This document shows, piece after piece, positions 22,545 to 31,991 of a stretch of DNA of 64,000 nucleotides. Position 1 is the stretch's first letter, and each line of letters starts with the position of its first letter. The notes under the pieces are model-generated. The model was not told the origin of the DNA and did not search any database. It saw only the letters and a program-made list of their open reading frames with translations. Source of the stretch: an uncultured Clostridia bacterium (GTDB lineage Bacteria; Bacillota; Clostridia; Christensenellales; UBA1242); contig CALWJZ010000003.1 of the NCBI GenBank assembly GCA_944381145.1, positions 6,616 through 70,615 on the forward strand, given 5' to 3'. The translations under genes and the position numbers were made by a program.

Positions 22545-23216
22545 CTACTTTTGCTGATTGTTTTGATTAGAAATATATTCATCATATTTTTTTGCTTTTT
22601 CAATAAGCAATGCATATTCTTCTTTTGAAATTTTTATTATATTCTTTTCTTCAATAGTATTATTAGAGACCTTTCTTTTTGCAAGTACTTTAAGAGTTAT
22701 AATTCCAACTAATGATAAAATAATTAAAGTTAAAAAGATTGCAACAATTGAACCTAAGTCTATAACCCCGAAAATTGCTAAAGTAGATAAAATATCAACA
22801 ATACCTACTAACATATAGACAACAATTTGTATTATTAAATATAATTTACCTAAATCCAGCCCAATTGAAACAATAATATTAAATAATACAGATAACAATC
22901 CTAATGAAATAGTAATATTAAGCAAAGTAGAATTTCCAAGGTCTAACCACACGCTAAGTATAATTAAAAAAACTGATCCAGAAATTAATCCTAACGATAA
23001 CCACCCTATTATCTTATTTTTTGGCACCATCATTAAACTACTTATAGCAAAAAATCCACCTATTGCTAGAGATCCCAATGTCACATAGATTTGTAAACTC
23101 ACGTCACCTAAAAAATTTATTTTAAACAATGCTAAAATTAAAAGTAAAGAAACGATTGCGGTAAAAACTATTGTCAATATAGATAAAATTTTTTTTGTTT
23201 TTTCCATAAAAACCAC
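22545..23216 (-). CDS. integral membrane protein (about 6 TM) with a charged C-terminal tail
   Basis: 223 aa, consecutive hydrophobic segments. No family recognised. Confidence 0.6.
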   Translation of the reverse strand: MVFMEKTKKILSILTIVFTAIVSLLLILALFKINFLGDVSLQIYVTLGSLAIGGFFAISSLMMVPKNKIIGWLSLGLISGSVFLIILSVWLDLGNSTLLNITISLGLLSVLFNIIVSIGLDLGKLYLIIQIVVYMLVGIVDILSTLAIFGVIDLGSIVAIFLTLIILSLVGIITLKVLAKRKVSNNTIEEKNIIKISKEEYALLIEKAKKYDEYISNQNNQQK

Positions 23217-23245
23217 CTTCTATTTTTGAATAAAATAACATAGAT

Positions 23246-23276
23246 AAAAAAAATATCCAAACAAATTTGGATATTT
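23246..23276 (-). terminator. rho-independent terminator after the MazG-like gene
   Basis: 11-bp stem AAATATCCAAA/TTTGGATATTT with a 4-nt loop, followed on the minus sense by a U-run. Confidence 0.65.
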
Positions 23277-23298
23277 ATTTTTTATGTCGACAAAACTA

Positions 23299-23580
23299 TT
23301 ATAAATTTTCAAAAAATTTCTTCAATTTTAATTTTCTTATTTTTTCAATTTCTTCTTCACCAAAAATATGTTGCATTTGTTCAACAGTATTCAGAACATC
23401 AGCTATCTCTTCTTGTATATTTTTTATTACTACACTTTCTTTGTCTGTATTCTTATATCTTTTAAATTTGCATAGTTCTTTTGTAAGTTCACTCATTTCT
23501 TCAATGCAAATCATAATTTCTTTTTCTTTACCATTTAATTCTAAAAATTTATCATAATATTTAATATACTCTCTATTCAT
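23299..23580 (-). CDS. small MazG-like nucleotide pyrophosphohydrolase
   Basis: 93 aa, predicted all-alpha. Paired acidic motifs EEMSELTKEL and EEIADVLNTVEQ, as in single-domain MazG proteins. Confidence 0.55.
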   Translation of the reverse strand: MNREYIKYYDKFLELNGKEKEIMICIEEMSELTKELCKFKRYKNTDKESVVIKNIQEEIADVLNTVEQMQHIFGEEEIEKIRKLKLKKFFENL

Positions 23581-23633
23581 TTCCCCTCGTCACAAATATT
23601 TAAAATTAGTAATTTTTAAAGACATAAAACTGA

Positions 23634-24935
23634 TTAATTATTATATTTGTCTTTTTTGCGTATTAAACCTTTTTCACGTCCATTGTTTTTTGGCTGATAA
23701 TATATTTTATTCTTTACATCATCAGGCAAATATTGTTGTTTACAGTATCCACCAAAGTCATGTGGATATTTATACAATCCATGTCCATCATTAAAATCAG
23801 TTGGGTGATTCTTTAAATGATTAGGAACTCTTGCATTTTTATACAAATCAACATCAGATTTAGCACTATTCATTGCTAAAAGTACAGAGTTGCTTTTTTC
23901 AGCTTCACAAATATAAATAATAGCATGACAAAGAGTTAAATTACATTCAGGCATACCAAGTTTTTCACAAGAAATCAAAGCAGAAATAGCAATTAATAAA
24001 GCATTGCTATCAGCCATTCCAATATCTTCACTAGCATGCGCAATAAGTCGTCTAGCTAATACACGTGGATCATAGCCTATTGACAATAATTTTTGAGCAT
24101 AAAACAATGCAGCATCAGTATCACTACCTCTCAAAGACTTGCAAAAAGCACTTAAAAAATCATATGAAGAAGTTTCATCAAGAGCAATATTACCTTTTTG
24201 CATACAGTCATTTATAGTATTTTTATCTATAACAATTTCATCATTGTTATTAGGAGGAGTAGTTGTAACAGCAAATTCTAGTGTATTATAACAAGTACGT
24301 AAATCACCAGATGAATTATAAGCCAAATATCTTATAACATCAGAATCAATTTTTACATTAATATTTCCTAAACCTTTATCTTTGTCCTTAAGTGCTCTAT
24401 TTATAGCACATACAATATTATCGACGCTCAAAGGTTTAAATTCAAAAACCTTACATCTACTTACAATTGCTCTTGTCATATTTATATAAGGATTCTCAGT
24501 TGTTGAACCAATAAAATTAATATAACCTTTTTCAATAGCTTCTAAAACACAATCACTTTGCGCTTTTGACCATCTATGACATTCATCAAGAAGCAAATAA
24601 GTTTTTGTACCATAAAGTTCCAAATTCGATTTTGCTTCTTCTATGATTGTTTTTGCATCTCCAACACCAGAACTTACTGCATTTAGTTTTTTAAAATTAC
24701 CTTTACATGTATTAGCAATTATATTAGCAATCGTAGTTTTTCCACAACCTGGAGGCCCATAAAAAATACAAGAACCTACACAATTATTTTCAATAGCTCT
24801 TACTAAAAAACTATTACGATATATTAAATGCTCTTGTCCAATAAAACCTCCCAAATTATCAGCTCTCATTCTATCAGCTAGAGGTCTAAACCTTTTTAAA
24901 TTATTTTCAAACATCTCCATAAATTTTACCATCAA
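23634..24935 (-). CDS. rarA: replication-associated recombination protein A (RarA/MgsA AAA+ ATPase)
   Basis: GPPGCGKTT, LLDECHRW, and MgsA C-domain SLRGSDTDAALFY. The exact start among the N-terminal Met codons is uncertain. Confidence 0.9.
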   Translation of the reverse strand: MMVKFMEMFENNLKRFRPLADRMRADNLGGFIGQEHLIYRNSFLVRAIENNCVGSCIFYGPPGCGKTTIANIIANTCKGNFKKLNAVSSGVGDAKTIIEEAKSNLELYGTKTYLLLDECHRWSKAQSDCVLEAIEKGYINFIGSTTENPYINMTRAIVSRCKVFEFKPLSVDNIVCAINRALKDKDKGLGNINVKIDSDVIRYLAYNSSGDLRTCYNTLEFAVTTTPPNNNDEIVIDKNTINDCMQKGNIALDETSSYDFLSAFCKSLRGSDTDAALFYAQKLLSIGYDPRVLARRLIAHASEDIGMADSNALLIAISALISCEKLGMPECNLTLCHAIIYICEAEKSNSVLLAMNSAKSDVDLYKNARVPNHLKNHPTDFNDGHGLYKYPHDFGGYCKQQYLPDDVKNKIYYQPKNNGREKGLIRKKDKYNN

Positions 24936-25196
24936 TAAAAATTATATAAATATGATATCATAAAATAATAAAAATAACAATACAATACAATAGAAAATAA
25001 ATTAATTATTTTATGAATATAATTTGATTTATCAAAATAATTAAAAATTTAAAATTAAAATTATTTATAATAAATTCAAAATAAAATACGTATTTTTATT
25101 TATATAAAATATAAACAATATTTAAAATTGTAATATAATTATTGTCAGTAAAATATAATATATTGTCATAAATTTCACTATTATTTACATTTTCAT

Positions 25197-25228
25197 AAAA
25201 AAAATTACTTTCGAAATTCGAAAGTAAT
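25197..25228 (-). terminator. rho-independent terminator of rnpB
   Basis: 10-bp stem ATTACTTTCG/CGAAAGTAAT (25204-25228) with a 5-nt loop, then 8 U on the minus sense (A-run 25197-25204). Confidence 0.8.
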
Positions 25229-25230
25229 AA

Positions 25231-25569
25231 ATGTTAGAATATCCATAAGCCGAGTTCTGTATATAACGATTATCTATCTAGAATTATTGTCACCAATAAT
25301 TTCAAGCGGTGTATTGAGAGACTAGCTGAGCAACATAAACATCTCTCTACCTTGCATCAAATGGGGTTTACACAATTATATAGTCACCTATATAATTAGT
25401 AGGCTCTTACCCTACTATTTCACCTATTGCATAAAAAAACTTTATGCTGTATTTTTTCTGTTGCACTTTCCTTGGAGTCGCCTCCACTAGTCGTTAACTA
25501 GCATTTTGCTCATGTGATGCTCGGACTTTCCTCAAGATTTCTCTTGCAATCGTTTGTATATCTAACAGT
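25231..25569 (-). ncRNA. rnpB: RNase P RNA (bacterial, compact, about 340 nt)
   Basis: Minus sense contains universal P4 GAGGAAAGUCCGAGC (rc of 25520-25534), GGUGAAAUAGUAGGGUAAGAGCC, and 3' P4 ACAGAACUCGGCUUAU (rc of 25245-25260). The ends GUUAGAUAU / AUAUUCUAAC can form P1. This is the only GC-enriched non-coding island in the window. Confidence 0.9.
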
Positions 25570-25573
25570 GATA

Positions 25574-25602
25574 ATTATATCATATTAATGTTATTTAATC
25601 AA
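25574..25602 (-). promoter_or_regulatory. sigma-A-type promoter of rnpB
   Basis: Minus sense reads TTGATT (25597-25602), 17 nt, TATAAT (25574-25579). This places +1 at about 25566-25569, the predicted P1 5' end. Confidence 0.75.
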
Positions 25603-25616
25603 TAGTAATATTGTAT

Positions 25617-26321
25617 TTACTTAAAACCAAATTCTTTTTTATTAATAACTTTTCTTAATATACCCAATGATTTTTTTTCTAGTCTAGAAATATAACTTCT
25701 ACTTATATTTAATTTTTTTGCAACTTCTCTTTGAGTTAAAATAGGATTTCCAAGTAAACCGTATCTCATACACATAATTTGATATTCTCTTTTGCTCAAA
25801 TATTTATTAAGTACTTTATCAAGATTTTGAGATATCATTTTATTTTCAACTAACATTTCAACATTATCTTCATTATCGTAACTTAAGTCTTCAATTGTAA
25901 GTTCATTATTTTCTTCATCACTTCCCAATACATCTTCTATACTAATATTACTTTTATGTTTTTTATTTGCCCGAATTAGCATAAGTATTTCATTTTCTAT
26001 ACATTTTGCCGCATATGTACTAAACTGTGTTCCATGATTTAATTTGTATGAATTTATAGCTTTTATTAAACCCAAACTTCCAACTGATATTAAATCATCT
26101 GCTTCGTCTGCTTGGTTGTATTTTTTTACAATATGAGCTACAAGCCTTAAATTGTGTTGAATTAAAATTTCTTTTGCTTTCTTGTCTCCTTTTTCGTACT
26201 TTTCCAAATAATTTTTTTCTTCTTCTGGTGTTAAAGGCTTTGGGAAAGAAGAATTATTTTTGATATATGAAGAAAAAAACATTATCTTTTGCAAAAACAT
26301 CATAAAACTTTCTACAATCAT
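25617..26321 (-). CDS. sigK: sporulation sigma factor pro-SigK (uninterrupted)
   Basis: N-terminus MIVESFMMFLQKIMFFSS|YIKNNSSFPKPLTPEEEKNYLEKYEKGDKKAKEILIQHNLRLVAHIVKKY parallels B. subtilis pro-sigma-K (YVKNNAFPQPL...LIEHNLRLVAHIVKKF). Region 4 HTH REVAKKLNISRSYISRLEKK. GGGAG SD lies 9 nt upstream. Confidence 0.85.
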   Translation of the reverse strand: MIVESFMMFLQKIMFFSSYIKNNSSFPKPLTPEEEKNYLEKYEKGDKKAKEILIQHNLRLVAHIVKKYNQADEADDLISVGSLGLIKAINSYKLNHGTQFSTYAAKCIENEILMLIRANKKHKSNISIEDVLGSDEENNELTIEDLSYDNEDNVEMLVENKMISQNLDKVLNKYLSKREYQIMCMRYGLLGNPILTQREVAKKLNISRSYISRLEKKSLGILRKVINKKEFGFK

Positions 26322-26506
26322 AACATATACTCCCTAATCGTAATATATGTTGGATATTGTCGAAATTTGCCTGTCCAAAAAAATAATTAAAACATCTTTT
26401 TGTTTATTAGTATAATTATTTATAAATTTAAATAATTATACATCGCTATGTTTTATTAATAAACATTTGTTTTTAAGTATAAATATTCATATTTGTAAAT
26501 ATTTAT

Positions 26507-26541
26507 AAAAAAATCCAAATAAAATTTATTTGGATTTTTTA
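26507..26541 (-). terminator. hairpin terminator after the U32-peptidase gene
   Basis: Near-perfect palindrome AAAAAAATCCAAATAAA-A-TTTATTTGGATTTTTT. Confidence 0.65.
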
Positions 26542-26542
26542 T

Positions 26543-27748
26543 TTAATTTATTTTTTTTCGTAAAATATCACCTTTCTTTAAATTTAAATCACTCTGTATA
26601 TAGATTAATTGTTGAACCAAACTTGCATCACTTATCTCATTACCATCAGTATCATTCATTTTTTTAATTAGAATTGTTTTATTAAAAGTATCATTTGGTG
26701 ATAAAACTTCCAATTCATCTCCAATTTTAAATCTATTTCTTTGTTCAATTAAAACTTTCCCATTTTTACTATCTTCTTTTACAATTGCAATAAATTCAAA
26801 AGATTGAATTGGCATACTAGATTCGATATATTCTTTATCATTTGCTCCAAAATAGAAACCAGTAGTATAGCGTCTATGACTTGTTTTATTGACTTCATCT
26901 AATAATACATCATTAAATGGATTTCCTAAAGCCAAATCATCAATAGCACGTCTATAAGCATTTGTTATTGTAGCAACATAATAAGGACTTTTCATTCTTC
27001 CTTCAATTTTAAAAGATGTTACTCCAGCATCAATCAAATCATTTAAATGATTAATCATACAAAGATCTTTACTATTCAAAATATATGTTCCTCGTTCATC
27101 TTCTTGAATATCATAATGATCTCCACTTCTTGACTTGTCGCATATTGAATATTCAAATCTACATGCTTGAATACATGCACCTCTATTGCTATCTCTTCCA
27201 GACAAATAATTCGAAAGCAAACATCTGCCAGAATAAGAAATACACATAGCTCCATGCACAAAACATTCTAATTCAATATCTTTTGGAATATAATTTCGTA
27301 TCTCTTTTATTTCATTAATACTTAATTCTCTAGCAAGAATTAATCTTTTTACACCCAAATCTGAATAAAATTTTGCACTGTACTTGTTTGTGATATTTGC
27401 TTGAGTTGATACATGAATAGACAAATTTGGAACAACTTTTCTTGCTAATGAAATAATCCCTAAATCACTCACAATTATCGCATCAACTTTGATCTCTTCT
27501 AAATATTTTAAGTATTCTTCCAATCCGTCAAAATCGTCATTGTGCGCAACTATGTTAATTGTCACATAAATTTTTTTATTTAATTTATGAGCTAATTCTA
27601 CTGATTCTTTCATTTCAACTTGATCAAAATTATCCGAAAAAGCCCTTAACCCAAACTTTTTACCAGCAAGATAACAAGCATCAGCCCCATAATTAAAAGC
27701 AACTAATAATTTTTCTTTATTACCAGCTGGCGATAATAGTTCAAGCAT
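26543..27748 (-). CDS. peptidase U32 family protein (YrrN/YrrO/TrhP-type)
   Basis: 401 aa. N-terminus LELLSPAGNKEKLLVAFNYGADACYLAGKKFGLRAF is typical of U32. Overlaps and follows the YrrM-like methyltransferase gene, as in B. subtilis yrrM-yrrN-yrrO. Confidence 0.85.
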   Translation of the reverse strand: MLELLSPAGNKEKLLVAFNYGADACYLAGKKFGLRAFSDNFDQVEMKESVELAHKLNKKIYVTINIVAHNDDFDGLEEYLKYLEEIKVDAIIVSDLGIISLARKVVPNLSIHVSTQANITNKYSAKFYSDLGVKRLILARELSINEIKEIRNYIPKDIELECFVHGAMCISYSGRCLLSNYLSGRDSNRGACIQACRFEYSICDKSRSGDHYDIQEDERGTYILNSKDLCMINHLNDLIDAGVTSFKIEGRMKSPYYVATITNAYRRAIDDLALGNPFNDVLLDEVNKTSHRRYTTGFYFGANDKEYIESSMPIQSFEFIAIVKEDSKNGKVLIEQRNRFKIGDELEVLSPNDTFNKTILIKKMNDTDGNEISDASLVQQLIYIQSDLNLKKGDILRKKIN

Positions 27749-28358
27749 AAAAATCTCCTTTTAATTTAGTTATAGCAATCCCATCTTCTAATCTAATAAT
27801 CTTTGTTACAAAAGGATCAGAATTTACTAAATCTAAATATTTTCTTAAGTTAATTACCATTGTTCGTTTTTTATGAGGAATAATCCCTTTTTGTTCAATA
27901 AGTCCATGTAATAAAACATTATCAGCAAAAATTACGCCACCATTATTTAACAAGTTTTTCAAAATAGGCAAATATTTGATATATTGACCTTTCGGTCCAT
28001 CTAAAAAGATCATATCAAATTTTTTGTTTTCTTTTTCTAAAATTTTAATAACCTTAAAAGCGTCATCATTCAAAATTTGAACTTGATCTAAAAATCCAAA
28101 TTTTTCAAATGCTTTTTTTGCAATTTGAATATATTCATAATTTTTATCAATTGTTGTTAGTTTCAAAGCTCCAGCACTTAATATAATACTACCAGAATAT
28201 CCAATTGCAGTACCTATCTCTAAAATACTTTTTAATTTATTCTCATACACAAAATCATATAAAAATTTTGCAGATTGGTCCCTAATTATAGGAATATAAT
28301 TTAATTTTGCATATGCCTTTTCTTTTTCTAACTTTTTTATAATATCGTTAAATTCCAT
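27741..28358 (-). CDS. trmR: SAM-dependent O-methyltransferase, YrrM/TrmR type (tRNA mo5U34)
   Basis: ILEIGTAIGYS, DMIFLDGPKGQY, IFADNVLLHGL and EDGIAITK align with my recollection of B. subtilis YrrM. Paired with the U32 gene. Confidence 0.7.
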   Translation of the reverse strand: MEFNDIIKKLEKEKAYAKLNYIPIIRDQSAKFLYDFVYENKLKSILEIGTAIGYSGSIILSAGALKLTTIDKNYEYIQIAKKAFEKFGFLDQVQILNDDAFKVIKILEKENKKFDMIFLDGPKGQYIKYLPILKNLLNNGGVIFADNVLLHGLIEQKGIIPHKKRTMVINLRKYLDLVNSDPFVTKIIRLEDGIAITKLKGDFYA

Positions 28359-28366
28359 TTATCTCT

Positions 28367-30037
28367 CTATTTTGTTTCTATAATAATAGGAATAATTAAA
28401 GGTTTCCTTTTTAATTTTTTGAAGAAATATGTTTGCAAAGTCTTTTTGATATTATTTTTGATTTGTACCCAATCTTGTGTTTTAAAATTGGAATTAATTA
28501 TTTGATTCAAAATTAAATCTTTACATTCATCTAGAACTTCTTCATTACCTTTAATATTCATAAATCCTCTAGTTAAAATATCAGGTTTTGATGTTAAAGA
28601 ACCAAATTTGCTTGATATTGTCACTGTTACAATACAAATACCTTCTGACGCCAATTGCATTCTGTCTCTTTGAACTATTCCACCTGCCTCGCTCACTTCC
28701 AATCCATCTACAAGTTTTATTCCACTAGGCACTGTTCCCCATTTTTTTATAACGTTTTTATTTATAAGAATGGTATCACCTATTTCTGGTATTAAAATAT
28801 TTCTATCATTCATACCAAGATCTTTTGCAAGATTGCTATGCGCTCTCAAGTGTCTATATTCACCATGAACAGGTATAAAAAATTTTGGTTTTAATATACT
28901 ATGCAATGTTTTTAGTTCTTCTTGATAAGCATGTCCACTTACATGAACTTCTGCCAAAGATTCATAAATAATTGAAGCACCTTTTGAATAAAGAAGATTT
29001 ATAACATTATTAATTTCTTTTTCATTTCCTGGAATAGCTGATGATGAAAATATAACATAATCATTATTACCTATTTCAATTTTATTAAATTCTCCATTTG
29101 CCATACGAGCAAGCGCACTATTTTCTTCTCCTTGGCTTCCCGTACATAAAATACATAATTGATTATCTGTGTATTTATCAATATTGTTTACATCTACTAC
29201 ACATTCTTTATTGAATTTTAATTCACCAATTTTAGCAGCAGTCTCACATATATTGAGCATACTTCTTCCAGTAAAAATAATCTTTCTATTGTATTTTTCA
29301 CAAATATCCAATATTTGTTGAATTCTATGAACATTACTTGCAAAAGTTGCAATGATTATTCTTTTTGATTGATTTTGAACAAATAAATTATCAAGAGTTG
29401 CACCAACTTTTCTTTCACTCATACTAAATCCAGGTCGTTCAGCGTTAGTACTATCTGCAGTCAAAAGCAATATCCCTTTTCTACTAATTTCTGCAAGTCT
29501 TACTAAATCCATTGCATCACCATCAATAGGAGTATAATCAATTTTAAAGTCTCCTGTATGAAAATAAACTCCTACTGGCGTAGTAATCGCTAATGCCATG
29601 GAACCACTAATACTGTGTGTTACCTTTACAAATTCTACTTGGAAATTTGAAACCTTAATTACCTGTTTAGGTTTTACTGAAATTGGTTTACATTTAATTT
29701 TTTTATGTTCTTTTAATTTGTTTTCAATCAAAGCAACACTTAATTTACTTGCGTATACTGGAACATTTGGAAGTTCACGTAATAAATATGGCAAAGCACC
29801 TATATGATCTTCGTGTCCATGAGTAATAAATATAGCCTTTATTTTTTGTTTGTTATTGATTAAATAAGTAAAGTCTGGAATAACAATATCCACGCCTGGC
29901 ATATCATCAGAAGGAAAAGCAAGTCCACTATCTATAATGATTATCTCATTATTATATTCAAGAGCCATTATATTTTTACCAACTTCTCCAACTCCACCTA
30001 AAAATGTTAATTTAAGTCCTGATTGTAATTTATTCAT
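28367..30037 (-). CDS. rnj: ribonuclease J
   Basis: 556 aa. Metallo-beta-lactamase HGHEDHIG, beta-CASP, and an RNase J C-terminal domain. Confidence 0.9.
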   Translation of the reverse strand: MNKLQSGLKLTFLGGVGEVGKNIMALEYNNEIIIIDSGLAFPSDDMPGVDIVIPDFTYLINNKQKIKAIFITHGHEDHIGALPYLLRELPNVPVYASKLSVALIENKLKEHKKIKCKPISVKPKQVIKVSNFQVEFVKVTHSISGSMALAITTPVGVYFHTGDFKIDYTPIDGDAMDLVRLAEISRKGILLLTADSTNAERPGFSMSERKVGATLDNLFVQNQSKRIIIATFASNVHRIQQILDICEKYNRKIIFTGRSMLNICETAAKIGELKFNKECVVDVNNIDKYTDNQLCILCTGSQGEENSALARMANGEFNKIEIGNNDYVIFSSSAIPGNEKEINNVINLLYSKGASIIYESLAEVHVSGHAYQEELKTLHSILKPKFFIPVHGEYRHLRAHSNLAKDLGMNDRNILIPEIGDTILINKNVIKKWGTVPSGIKLVDGLEVSEAGGIVQRDRMQLASEGICIVTVTISSKFGSLTSKPDILTRGFMNIKGNEEVLDECKDLILNQIINSNFKTQDWVQIKNNIKKTLQTYFFKKLKRKPLIIPIIIETK

Positions 30038-30389
30038 TTTTTCTCCTTTAAGTATAAATTGTTAGTTTATATGTTCATAAAAAATATTTAATTGACAATT
30101 AATAAATTAAAAAAATAAAATTATCAATCACATTAAAACTTTATTAAATTTGCAAACAGCAAAATATTATATTAAACTATTAAAAAACACACACAAAAAA
30201 CGAGTTAATAAAACTCAAAACAATAGTTAATATAAATTTTGTTATTTAATTATTAAACTAACCTTATTTTTATTAATATACTATACATATCAAAAAAAAT
30301 CAATAAAAACTTTAAATATTGTAAAACTTAAAGATAATTTCGCCTAAAAATTCAAAAATTATAAAAAGTAAACAAAATTTTGTCAACTT

Positions 30390-31340
30390 TTAAATAAAAA
30401 ACTTCATTGATTTTATATTATCGTGAATTTCTTTCTTTTTTGGTGTAATAACATTATATACATCAACATAATATCTCATTCCTTGACATTCATAAACTGT
30501 GACCATTCCAAAAATGCTATATATCAAATATGATGTTGGAATAGATATCAAAAGACCGACCATTAGAGTGAAAGGTCCCAAAATTATATTTATTAATATT
30601 ATAGTAATAGCAATACCAATTGCATTAGGGAAAACTCTTTTAAAATTCTTAAAAGAATTTTTTACACTCACTTTTAAAGATTTAAGTATTCCATAATTTA
30701 AAACAACAATAGTTGGTATCCAACTACCAAACAAAGTAAATTTAAAAGAAATAAGCAAAACAAATCCAATAATTATTATAAAAATAGCAAGTACTGACAT
30801 AGCAAAAGATATATTAAACATTTTTAAACTTAAAATAAATAAAGCAATATATATAACTTTTAATGGAAGAGTAACTAAAAAATATACAAATTGAGTTTTT
30901 AAATTTTTACCAAATAATTCATTGTAGCTTAAATAAAAACCATGTTTGTTCATACTGCCCATATAGTAATGCAAAGAATTACAAGATGACATTATTGTTA
31001 AATTTGAAATAAGCACTTGAACGAAAAATAAAATAATAAATAAGAATAAGAAATTCAACCAAAATTTAGAAATATTCTCTGTTAATATTTCTACAGATCG
31101 AAAAAATAATTCATTGATAGACTCAAAAAATTGAGTTAAATTTAAATTTGTTAAAAAATCAGTGTAAACTCCTACTACATCCGAAACAAAACCTGAAGCA
31201 TCAAAAAAATTATAAATTGGATTTATACATAAGTAGCATAAACCAAACACTAATAAGAAATTGAAAAAATAATATAGTATTGTTTTCCAAACTATATCAA
31301 AATTTGAAAATAATATTCGTAAACTATTTTTATAAATCAT
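30390..31340 (-). CDS. polytopic membrane protein, unknown function
   Basis: 316 aa with 6 or more hydrophobic helices. Lies between the holin-end terminator and rnj. No family recognised. Confidence 0.55.
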   Translation of the reverse strand: MIYKNSLRILFSNFDIVWKTILYYFFNFLLVFGLCYLCINPIYNFFDASGFVSDVVGVYTDFLTNLNLTQFFESINELFFRSVEILTENISKFWLNFLFLFIILFFVQVLISNLTIMSSCNSLHYYMGSMNKHGFYLSYNELFGKNLKTQFVYFLVTLPLKVIYIALFILSLKMFNISFAMSVLAIFIIIIGFVLLISFKFTLFGSWIPTIVVLNYGILKSLKVSVKNSFKNFKRVFPNAIGIAITIILINIILGPFTLMVGLLISIPTSYLIYSIFGMVTVYECQGMRYYVDVYNVITPKKKEIHDNIKSMKFFI

Positions 31341-31463
31341 ATTTACAACTCAACTTTTATTTATAAAATTAAAAATCAAAAGCCATTTGTTTAGTAATTT
31401 TATAGATGTTAGAAAATATATTATACTAATATATTATATATTAAAGCAAAAATAAATGCAATT

Positions 31464-31500
31464 AAAAAACAAAAAAGGAGCACTTAAATCAAGTACCCCC
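31464..31500 (-). terminator. rho-independent terminator closing the phage-like operon
   Basis: Minus sense GGGGUACUU-GAUUU-AAGUGCUCC (9 bp including 2 G.U), followed by UUUUUUGUUUUUU. Confidence 0.7.
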
Positions 31501-31507
31501 ATAATTA

Positions 31508-31753
31508 TTATTCTTTATTTTGCTTATCAATTTCATCAAGCAATTCATCACTTGACGACTCATTTTTATCTTCAACATTTTTTTTCGTAATAATACCAAG
31601 CATTACTAATGCAGAGCAAATTGAAAGAATTATTGATTCCACTTCTTTTGAATAGAGATTAAGTCCTATTATATTTGAAATAGTTTCAAGAACTATTACT
31701 ATAGCACCACTCAATCCTAACCAAAATGAAGTCGTTCTAAGTTTGTTTTTCAT
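31508..31753 (-). CDS. phage holin (Phage_holin_1 / phi-LC3-like)
   Basis: 81 aa. KNKLRTTSFWLGLSGAIVIVLETISNIIGL...LSICSALVMLGIITKK gives two TM segments and an acidic tail, the pattern of the LC3/SPP1-type holin family. Confidence 0.6.
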   Translation of the reverse strand: MKNKLRTTSFWLGLSGAIVIVLETISNIIGLNLYSKEVESIILSICSALVMLGIITKKNVEDKNESSSDELLDEIDKQNKE

Positions 31754-31991
31754 TCAAGTTTTCCTTAGTTTTATTTATTTTTATTTTTTTTGAATTTAAT
31801 TCTTTTTTTATATCTTCAACATCTTCTTTTATTAGTTTAACTATTTCTAATGAATTGCCCAGCTTCTCAATTGTTGATTGATATTTTTGTTCTCTTGTTC
31901 TACTATCTTTTAATTGATAAATCAATAGACCTAAAAACAATACAGCAAATAATCCATTGCTTATTGCCAAATTTATTATTTGTTCCCACAT
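31737..31991 (-). CDS. BhlA/UviB-family holin-like protein
   Basis: 84 aa. SNGLFAVLFLGLLIYQLKDSRTREQKYQSTIEKL...IKEDVEDIKKEL matches the G.FA.LF..LL.Y.LK....RE.KY core and the coiled tail of UviB/BhlA. Confidence 0.65.
   Translation of the reverse strand: MWEQIINLAISNGLFAVLFLGLLIYQLKDSRTREQKYQSTIEKLGNSLEIVKLIKEDVEDIKKELNSKKIKINKTKENLNEKQT

Noticed and set aside
24936-25196. A 260-bp extremely AT-rich non-coding stretch, inspected for a replication origin, a CRISPR-like array or a small RNA.
   Set aside because: No DnaA-box-like TTATCCACA strings, no regularly spaced repeats and no stable hairpins were seen. It is most simply the rarA promoter region.
25617-26321. Possibility that the phage-like cluster is a skin-type element interrupting sigK.
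   Set aside because: sigK is a single intact 234-codon ORF with both region 2 and region 4. The cluster begins more than 5 kb away, beyond four unrelated genes.
30202-30216. Short GAGTT/AACTC hairpin in the long AT-rich rnj upstream region, as a possible terminator or 5'-UTR element.
   Set aside because: The stem is only 5 bp, which is not distinguishable from chance.
31408-31431. dif-like string GTTAGAAAATATATTATACTAATA just outside the phage-like operon, which could point to XerCD-mediated, integrase-free insertion.
   Set aside because: Only about 15 of 24 positions match the Bacillus dif sequence as I recall it. The best-conserved XerD arm is poorly matched, and such A/T strings are expected by chance here. 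Worth one formal dif-profile scan, but not reportable.
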